Assembly (NCBI GenBank): GCA_051294375.1
Contig: CM119267.1
Location: 16,904,606 to 16,968,605 of the forward strand
DNA from: Paraspadella gotoi
Lineage: Eukaryota > Animalia > Chaetognatha
Length of the DNA stretch: 64,000 nucleotides
Direction of reading: 5' to 3'
Part shown: in pieces, positions 36,682-64,000 of the stretch
Numbering within the stretch: position 1 is the first letter of the stretch
Layout: every line of letters starts with the position of its first letter
The notes under the pieces: generated by a model
Seen by the model: the letters and a program-made list of their open reading frames with translations, nothing else
Told to the model about the DNA's origin: nothing
Databases searched by the model: none
Translations under genes and position numbers: made by a program

Positions 36682-38268
36682 CGGAAGGCGGAATTTAAAA
36701 AAAAATGGAAAGAAATGATTCGATTGAGTAAGGAGATTATTCCCGGTGATTCAGTCGAACGTTCGATGAATGCAAAAAGCCAGCCGGGACTCGAGATCAA
36801 AGACAACACTTCGAGTTTTAACTCGAGTTCGTTTTTAAAAAGAAAAGTTTTAAAAGTAAGTCGCTAAAAAGTACGATGATCCTTGGCACACCTTGCTACA
36901 TATCTGGGCGAAGGCAGTCGAAAATGTTTCAATTTACCGACAACACTGTTTTACGATTATGAATTCTGATATTTTGTAGGTAAGGACGAAAAAGAGACTC
37001 GGTTAAGATTTTTTTTAGGAAAAACCAGTTTATGATATGAAATCGACAGGGAACTGCCGTAAGATTACACAGAAAGGTTGAAATTAGTTAATGCGTTTGA
37101 CTTCAACATCCTTATCACGCATCAAATTTTATAATTTTAATATGGTGAGATTTAGCTAATTTTCTCCGCGATTTCATTAATCAAAGTTTGAAAATCTATT
37201 TTAGATCATAAGATTACTATTAAGATTAGGTCTTGTCAAGACTAAAAATTCTGAATGTTACAATGTATATGAGAATCACGTCGATTTTTTCCGTAACTCC
37301 ACATTTCAATTCTGACGTTCTCTGTGTTGTTATTTTTATTTCTCATGTATATACGTCAAAAAACTAACTAAAATGTTAATTAACCCAATGAAAAACAAAT
37401 GGAATAAATATTATTTCTTTATTTGCTTGGAATAAATATAAAACACCGAACAATTTTTTTTCATAAGAGCCCAGCTCTTAAATATGGCATGAAATAATAA
37501 GTGTAACCGAAAAACAAATTTTTTTAGATTTCAATAAAGCAACTAGAAAATTAAATATTAACTAAATATAGTAATAGTAAAAAGTTTGAATGGATGAGAG
37601 AAAAATGTTAAACAAGAGAAAACCGACAATAAAAAACTTATAGTCATACCTTCATAGTTCATATTTGTTAAATCGACCAGAATCTGACATATATCAAAAT
37701 AAATCAAAAGTAATGGTTTTGTTTTTTCTAAAGAAAAAAGGAAAGAAAAAGAAGGCGCTATTTTAGTAATTAGCGAAGGATGATATCACAAAGTAGCTAT
37801 TAAACAATTCAAACTCATAGAGATCAGAATATATTAGAAAATGGACTGAAATGACTTTCATAACACGAAGCAAATAGCAAAAATTTAAAAAAAAATTTAA
37901 GTGAAGATTAATTGAGATGTGAGAATAATTAATTAATTATAGTAGCACCAGGTAATATACATACTTAAAAATTTATTTATTACCAAATTAGCGTATGAGT
38001 AGATAGAAACACCAGAAGAAATGATATGCATAAAATAATAATGAGCTTGACTACAGGAATAAATATTAAATAATATTTAAGGTTTGCGATATGTGAATAT
38101 TGAAAAAGTTTTTACTTTAAAAAACTTGAGCCTGAGCACTACATAAAAAGACAATATAAAAAATACATCCCTAATACAATTGAAAGAAAATTCTACCGAG
38201 ACCACTTTATTCTCAACGAGTTGGTGAGCTTCTATCGTAGTATACATAGGCTTGGCAGCGATACCGCT

Positions 38269-55771
<17,503 letters not shown>

Positions 55772-57347
55772 TTTGGGTTATTTTCTGTTAAGTTTCTGGC
55801 GTTAGTGCGTGCTATTATGCTTAACGGCAATTTAGAATTGTCGGTGGCTTCAGTTTTTATAAAGTACATAGTAGATAAGCGGCAGCAATGAACGTCTGTT
55901 ATTGACCTCTTTCTGTTTAATATGAGTTCCTCGATCTAACGTTAATTTAATTTCTGGATGGAAAAGACAAAATTCGAATTTAATTAGGTTTATTAACAAA
56001 TATATAAAAATAAAAAGACAAGGTCACATATAAAACGACACAGTAAACAAAAGTAAAAATAATTTAAAAATGAGATGAAAACTAATAATAAATTAAACGC
56101 CAATGTATATCTGATATAGGAAAGAAGAGATCAAGAGCACGTTAGCAAGATTAAGATAACTAAAAAAGTTTGTTTACCCATAATTCAAACATTAAATATA
56201 TATTTCCTATAGAACGTCTTAAACCATGTATAGAAATATCTTCACGAATTAATAGGTACGAAAACTTAATCAGAGCTTATATGCGAAAGACAATTGGATT
56301 CAGTTTCTATGTTTTTCTAGAGGTTAATCAAACACAGGTGTGCGGTGATTAAAAACGTTAATGGAGTTGCGGTATTATATATTCGAGTATGGTTGATGTA
56401 TGATTTTATTGAATCGCTAAAATGATTCACCATCAAACATCTTTGTCGCACGTATTTCATTTTCAATAATGCCTTTGTAGTTTGCCTTATAACTTCTCTC
56501 CCGGCTAATTCGATCGGCTAAAACCTAAGCAATGTTTGCCAACGAAATTCAATCTCCGTAACACGTAATATAAATAAACAAATGTGGAACGGTAAACAAG
56601 GGGGTTGAGGATTGAGAACTTAAGGCGGAGATTTGAAAAGTCCTAGCAACGACATTAAATTATACGATATCCACGCGCTGACAAATTCGATATTTTATGT
56701 TGTGGTCAAAAAATAATTAAAATAAAATTATACAAGCAAAATGCGTCAATTGGTAGCAACAGTATATAATTAACAAAATCGTACATCTTGTAGTATATAA
56801 AAAACGTTTTTTTTAAAAAGTGAGATCAACTGGACTAGTAAACACACAATGAATAAACTAATCTGATTACTAAGAATTTCGCTTTAAATGAAACTCAACA
56901 GTGTGTTTCAAGTAAAATCAATTCTGGTTAGAGATTTCTCAAGAGATCAAAAAAATATTTTTAATTAAGTTATTAAGTAATTATAAATCATCATAGCGTT
57001 TATTACGATTACGCTGTTTATTTGTGATAATAGGGAATTTCAGAAGTTTTTAGGCTGTGCCGCTTGATTTATATAAATTACAGCGTAACTGTAGGAATAT
57101 CTCGGAGAGATTTACATGCCGTAAACAATAACCCGTTAGTTAGCGAGAAAAGCCGATCTGAATGAAAAAGCTTGTTGGCGTCACCCCTTGGTTATGGCGA
57201 TAAGGAATTAACGAATATTAATTTGCAAAATACTTGATAAATTGATATTAAAAAGGTTTTTTTAAATGACTTATCCACCACTAACACATTGGATAATTCA
57301 CAAAAGCCACGGGACATTAAAATTAAATTTTTTTGACTAGAATCCAA

Positions 57348-60300
57348 TTAAATGGGCGTGTTCCCCGCCGAGTTTTTGCTTGGAGGCATGAAGAGACACG
57401 AGAAAGGATCGCTGTCTTCGGGTTTGGCGGCAGCGGCGGGTGAAGAAGGGGGTTTGCAGGGGCGGGAAGGGGGCGTGCCGGATGGCGCGGCACAAGCGTC
57501 CCAGTCGGGAACTGGCGAAGATCGGCCTTTGGTGCATAAACCAATAAAAATTACAAGTCGAAACGTTAAAAATAAATGAAAATTTGTTGCGACATAACCT
57601 ATCTAAACTTTTTAAGAAAATTTAGCCTTAGGAATTTCATCTCAAGCTCAATGATTCGGTTTTTAGTTTCAAGCTGTACTCACCAGAGGGCGGTCCCGAA
57701 GGTCTTTTGGGGGGCCCAATGGGGCTAGGCGGTCCCATGGAGGGCCTCGACGGACCTAAACCAAAACCGGGACTTGGGGGACCCATCGGCCTGTTGATTG
57801 GTAGAGCATGAAGAGATAAATTTCTAATTTAATCCTCATTAAAGCTGCTTAAAGCTAAAAAAATTAGATGACTACCTGGGAGGACCGACTCCTGGACTTG
57901 GAGGACCGGCCGAGGGTCGGGAAGGAGGCAAGGAAGATGGGCTGCAACAAAAGTTTAACTCTAAACCTTGAAAAAAATATGATGGGCGAGATGACGTGGC
58001 GAATTAAACCATGAGAAAGTACCTGACTGGGCCGGCGGAAGGACGCGCAGGGGGAAGAGACGATTTAGACGGCCCCCTACAAAAAAAAAAAAAAAACAAA
58101 AAAAAAAAAAAAAAAAAAACCCCAAGTTATTAAATATTAATATTGATAGGAAATTTTTGGATGACAATCTTAACGTACGAGGAGGGTCTAGTGGGAGAAT
58201 CTTGGAAGGATCGGGGCCGCTCGGGCTTTACTCCCTCCTCCATGTCCTCGTCCATAGTAGAATCTGAAGTGTATAAACGAAATAATTCAAGTAGGGATTG
58301 TGTTTTTTTTTTAAAAATTGAAGCTATTGGCACCTCTACTGTAAGTTCTTCGCGTGGTCTTCTTTTCCCTCTGGTTATTGCGTTGGGAATTCTCGGCGTT
58401 CTCCTTCTCCACGAGTTCCTTGATGACGAGCGAGGCGACGGGAGTCGGAGGATCTTCGATGGGCGACAACGACAAGCGACAGGGGATTTCCTCTGAAAAA
58501 AAAAATTTAATATTACAAAATTTTTAATCTTTAGCTTTCGTGACTAATGATAACGGCTGAGAAAACTTTACCAGGAAGCTCCTCGTCAGTATTTATGGCG
58601 GTGAACTGAACGACGATGTTGGCAAGTTTTTTGTGGCGATCTTTTAGCAATTCTTGCACTAAAAGAAAATTAGAAAAATTAATAAAAACAATATATCCCG
58701 TAACGAGTATAAGTTATCATAAACGAGTTAACTTACCGGTTTTAAGGTTGGTCATCTCTTCCTTGACCTTTTCTTCCTGCGAGGTTCTCAAAGTGATCTC
58801 CTTCTTGGCCGCTTCGATCTTCGTTTCATACTCGACTTCCTTCAGGTCGGCCTCCTTCAAATCCGCCCGCGCTTCGATCAGCGCCTCTTCGCGGTCTTGA
58901 CGTTGCTTCTCCAACGCGGCGCGTTCGCTAAGTGTAATGCGCGCATCGTTAAATCACCATTTAATTCTTTCACACAGTGAATTGGATGACAGATATCAAC
59001 CTGGCTTCTTCCAGCTCTTTCGTGAGTTCCTCGAGTTGCGCATCCAATTCGTCCAACGTCTCTTGCGCCTTTTTGTGTTGCTTTTCCAACTGCCCCAACG
59101 CCTTGCTGGAGACTGCGATAGAACCAACAACAAAATATTAACTTCTTCCTTGGCACCCTCAAAAATCGATCCTTCAATTCGCTCCGCACCCACGAGATCC
59201 GATTCCATTCTTTTAACGTCTCCCTTTTTGGTCTGAATTCCGTCGACGAGTTCGTCGACGGATTCGTTGAGCGTTTTTCGCTCCTTCATCGCCGTATCCA
59301 ACTCAGCCTTCAACTCTGCGATCTCTGCCTGCTCTTCTTCGAAACCTTGAGGTTAAAAAATGAATAAAACAGTAATAATGATGTTCAAATAGAATTGTCT
59401 TCATTCCTTTAACTCACCCGGAATAAACTTAATGTCTCTCAAGGAAGGTGGGATCATTTCCGAAGTAAGTTTCTTCGGTGGCTCTTTTCCAGAGAGCGTC
59501 TGCTTGACCAACCACATCGCCAAAGCGAATTGCTCATGATCGAGCTTTCCGCTACCACGCATAAAAAATTTAGTAGTGATCCATTTGACCCGGTTAGTCC
59601 CCACCCTATGGCAGAAATACAAACCTGCTATCGGCGTCCGCCAAGTTCCAGATATGCGCCAATACTGGCTGAGGTAGACCAGACTAAAAAAATCAAAACT
59701 TCAGGTTACACCATCCAAAGCTAAATATAAAAAACAAAAATATATGAATTACTTGTAAAAATACTCCTTTAATTTCCGTTCCATTGACATAGCCGTCTTT
59801 ATCTTCATCGCTTTTCTTGAAAGTCTGATCGTAACGTTTTTTGTCCGCATCTAATATCGATAAAGAAAATCATATAGCATATGCGTATCAAGCCGTATCA
59901 TATTTACATATTTATTATCGAACCCGAGACGACCCATTGGAGAGGATTTATTTCATTTTCGGCTTCAAAAACTTCCTCTTCTGCTTCGGGATATTGAATA
60001 GGTAGACCACTGAAAGTTAGAGAGAGAGACCGAAGGTAAGTCACCTCACAATAATCGTTTACGTTAAAATATAAAGTGAAGCTTAAACGTCGTTCTCATC
60101 AACTAACTTCCGCTTGGCCGCCTTTCTCTTGGAAGGAGGAACAAGTTCCAGCGGGAGAGCGGCGGGGATCTTATCTCCCTTGAGCGCGGACTGAACGAGG
60201 TGCATCGTCATAGCGAACTCGTCCGAGTCTAAAGCCCCGTCCTTATCGATGTCCGAAAAATCCCATATCTTAGCCAGAACCTTGAGAGAGAAAAAAAGGG

Positions 60301-62710
60301 GTGAGCGTAACAGCGAGTTTCCTTTTAGTTTTATCAAAGAGTCAACAAACGACTTACCTTGACGTCGAGCTTAGTGTTGACCAAGAAGGGTCTGATCTTA
60401 TCACCCGAAACAGTAGGCGGCGGTCCGCCTTATGGGGCAAAATAAATATATATATAATGATTAATAGTATATATAGTATATATATATATACATAGTATAT
60501 ATACTATATAGTCTATAAATGTGTCTATATATTTATAGGAGAGGAAATCAAGAAGTCACCTTTCGGATTTAGAGTCTTGAAGAGGCCGTCGTATTTGGCC
60601 TTTTCCTCTTTCTTGATAAGCCAAGGAACTGCCTTGTCAGAGGTGGACGAGCTGCTTTTGCGAGGCTTCGACGACGACGACGACGTCGACGTGGATGACG
60701 ACGACGGCGCGGCGGCCGAAGTCGAAGGTGGTCTGGAGGAACCGTTCGTTTTTGGCTTGGGATCATCTTGACCTGATTTTTTTTTTTAAATTATTAAGGG
60801 GAGAGCAAGTAGGTGTATACCAGCCGAGTTTAAAAATATAATCACTTGATTTTTTAGGCGGCGGTGGTTTAGTGTCCGTTTCAAAAATCGGAGGCGTTAA
60901 ATCTTTGACGAGGACTTCGTCGAGAGAGTCAATATCGAAGACGACTTCGTTCTGCGCACAGGCGATTAACTTGAGGGCAATAAAAAACCCTGCGAACAAA
61001 TGAAAATATATAAATATATTAATAAATAGAACTCGATCACAGTTGAAATCTTTACTCGCAAAAATGGGAAAAATGAGATGTTCTCAACATTAAGGCGTAG
61101 TAAAATTTCTAAATTTAACTTTAATTAAAATTCTAAAAGTGAGGAACGAACAACATTATACTAATGAACATTAATGTAATAAAAAAAATTTTAATAAATT
61201 TTACAATTTACGCAGTAGGCCATATTTATACTAGTATGAAACCAATAAATGTTCAAATTTTGAAACAGTTTTTTTAAAGATTTTTTTTGCAGATTTGGAT
61301 TCGTCATAAAAAGTTGATAAAAAGAAATATAACTCTTTTTAAAAAATTCTTTCATTAAGTGGGTCAAAAATTAAAAAAAGCTATATTTTAAGCTGAAAAT
61401 TATTTTTTTATGTATTAAATATAGTTTTTTTAATTTTTAACCCACTTAATAAAAGAATTTTTAAAAATGATTTATATTTTCTTTTATCAACTTTTGACGA
61501 GGAACTCAAATCTGCAATCAAAATTAAGAAAAGCCTATTTTGAAAATTTTTGATATCATAAGGATAGTACTATATATAAATATAGCCTACTGCAAAAATT
61601 AAAAAACATAAAATTACTTTTTTTTACAAATTAATGTTTACTGATGGTATTATGGTGGACTAAAATCCACCAACCGTTCATCAGCGGCCATTGGTGACGG
61701 AGGCAAGTCATTCGCCTCCCAACCCAAAGGTCCGGGTTCTAGCCCGGTGGTCGTCTGGCAGTTAAGAGGACGGGGCGCTTAATCCGCCTGTAACATGGTG
61801 TTACAGCCTGATCCGAAGCTCAGGGACTGCTTATATTGAATGGTTCTATCACTAACACATAACAAATATCACTGTCTCTTCAGTATGTTGTTCATAATTG
61901 ACTTTTAGAATTTTCGTATGTAACTTTCACTACGCCTTACTCAACATACTATACTATCATCAACGGAATGAACCTATAAACGGACTTGGTTGCCCTAGTG
62001 ATGTGATTTCTCGTCTCCTTCACGAATCATCAGAATGCTGACGAATCACAGACCTTACTTCAACCTTAGATTGACCAATGACCGACAGAGGAACCGACGG
62101 AGGGATTGATGGTCAAAATTGCTAAGAGAACTCTAGGCATTCACCTCAACATCCAAACTCAAGAAAGAACCCTTCAAATAATTATTGAACTGTTTAATAT
62201 TGTCATCACCTTTGTCTTAACATTTGTCATCGTGTCATCGTTACCTATGTCATCACCCTAATCATTGTCAACCAATGACTTGGCCACTTATTATTTATCC
62301 TCGTTATTTGACTAAAAGTCAACGCTATTAACGGTACCTTTTTTGTCTAAAGTTCCAGACGTGTCATAATCAGCGAGAGACCAAATCTTGTGAAGCAAGC
62401 TTTCTTTCAAACCACTTTTCTTCAAAAACTTTGCGGCGGTTATGCCTAAAGAAAACTCTGTATTATGATTAAGAGAAAAAAGACACGAAGAAAAAGAAAA
62501 TTTACCTGGGATACTCCCTTTTCCAGTCGGATCCAACTGTTTGTATAGAATCTCGTAAATTGAAAGATGGGAACCGGCGATTTGAGTCTGAAATAATTCG
62601 TAATTATACCCATTTAGTAGTACATTTCATTTATAAAAAAAAAAACGAAAAAAAACTACCTTCGAGGGTCTTATGTTGCAATTTCTCTTGGTGGATGCGC
62701 GATTCGACAT
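57348..62710 (-). CDS. EPS15: EPS15/EPS15L1-like protein: three EH domains, coiled coil, Pro-rich tail
   Basis: EH1 [27 protein letters not shown]; EH2 [27 protein letters not shown]; EH3 [25 protein letters not shown]; coiled-coil exons; last exon has DPF and stop at 57348. Confidence 0.9.
61094..61936. mobile_element. Fold-back DNA element, Kolobok-like ends
   Basis: TTAA|GGCGTAGTAAAA ... TTTCACTACGCC|TTAC; long imperfect internal palindrome centred near 61400. Confidence 0.7.
61684..61830 (+). mobile_element. tRNA-derived SINE-like insertion
   Basis: Head 61684-61754 folds tRNA-like: acceptor GCGGCCA/TGGTCGT, D-stem TGAC/GTCA, CCC anticodon loop with broken stem, B-box GGTTCTAGCCC; followed by GC-rich body; 3' limit approximate. 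Confidence 0.65.
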
Positions 62711-64000
62711 TTTTTAAATCGTGTTATTTTTATCGAAGTCAGTTCAATACTACGTTTAATAAAATGTTCATTCGGTCTCTCGCATTCCTGATATCCCTTC
62801 CTCTATTGCATAATCTAAACAAAAAAGAAATGTCGAAGTACAAAAACGAGCGAGTAACAGAAGTTCTAACTGAAAGGTACCGTAAAGAATGGCCAAAATT
62901 GGAATGCTTTTCCTTTTGAGATCGAAGTGTGTGCAATCGAGTAAGGATATTTCAACATTCGCAGTAAAATTCTTAGTATAATTCATCGTATATAAATTAT
63001 AATATAAAAATTCAAATTAGGAATTTAATGAGAAGAATTTGCACCAACTTTGCAAGATGGAAAAATAAAAACAAAGTTTTCATTTAACCCGACTTTTTCA
63101 ATTTTTTTTAAATAAACTAGAAAAACTGGAGAGATAATATTTTTTATTTCATCACAATACCCCATAATTTTAACCCACACAGTATTAAATGAAAAAAAAT
63201 AATATGACCTCAAAAATTCTCAAAGCTTTGATCAAAATTATCACCAAGTTACCTGATCGACCGAAATAAGAAAAGAAGGTACTATTACAACCTTCTAAAT
63301 AAACCCTAGGACTAAAGGACTAGAAATATTGTAAAATTAATTAAAACTGGAATAAAACATATTGCCAAATATAAATTTTGTTTAAGGGTTCGAGGGCTCC
63401 GAGATGGTAATACAGAACCAAAAATTCCAAGCAAACTTTTTTTAACAAGGAAAACCTTTATGGTTCGAAATTTTGTTCAAACTTGTACATAAATTACTTT
63501 CACAAAAAGATTTGACGCAAAAGTAAACTTATGTTTAAGGATTTGTGACCTTGATTAATATTTAAAAAAAAGCATTAGAGATTGTTTGGATTTTAAGTCT
63601 CTGTAAAAAATAAATTAGGGCCATCAAATTCAACATAAAATATAATAGAAATAACAAAATATTTTATTCAATGGTAGAAAAACAAACTAGAAATACAGGC
63701 GACGAGATTCTGGGAATTTATATTAAAAGATTACGATGATAATTTATAGTATGGAAAAGCACAAGACGATATTAATTACTGATTTGGTTATACATCAGAA
63801 CATTAATGATCTACATGCACATTCTGTGTCGTATGATATAATACTATATAACCTGTCTTATAATCTTGTAGCCAATAGACCTGATCTAAAATTCTCCTTC
63901 TATGAGAAAGAAAATTGAAATGCCAAGATTTGTAAAGTAGTTTGTTGAGAAAACGAGACAACTCCACGATCTAGCGAGACGGCGACAAAAATAGTAGTTT

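Noticed and set aside
61684-61754. Functional tRNA-Gly(CCC) gene
   Set aside because: Anticodon stem is mismatched and there is no T-run terminator; treated as a SINE head.
61996-62056. Minus-strand CUGAUGA...GAAA resembling a type III hammerhead
   Set aside because: Stem I cannot form and stem II lacks the usual G-C closing pair; better explained as a simple hairpin.
62830-64000. Possible first exon(s) of a plus-strand gene divergent from EPS15 (e.g. MAKIGMLFLLRSKCVQS then gtaagg)
   Set aside because: Too short, no recognisable motif, downstream exons could not be linked confidently.

Overview
Eukaryotic (metazoan-type) genomic DNA with GC-rich exons and short AT-rich spliceosomal introns; most ORF-track entries are exon fragments or antisense shadows. 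I joined exons by hand using splice phase. Six recognisable genes: LARP1 (minus, 3' end outside window), a pannexin/innexin channel with a 1-nt frameshift, a DEG/ENaC (ASIC-like) channel, an LRAT-domain/P-loop GTPase fusion, a neurobeachin-like BEACH protein and an EPS15-like EH-domain protein. There is also one uncertain small orphan gene. Most notable: (1) the DEG/ENaC gene has two duplicated, phase-matched exons for the pore-lining TM2 helix (likely mutually exclusive) plus a ~450-aa insertion in the ectodomain; (2) a family of short palindromic elements carries minimal type I hammerhead ribozymes, one with an intact core; (3) the LRAT-GTPase has lipidation motifs at both ends and NCEH changed to NSEH; (4) several GC and one probable GA splice donors. 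Introns hold MITEs, a tRNA-derived SINE and satellites. No database searches were run; family calls rest on recalled motifs.
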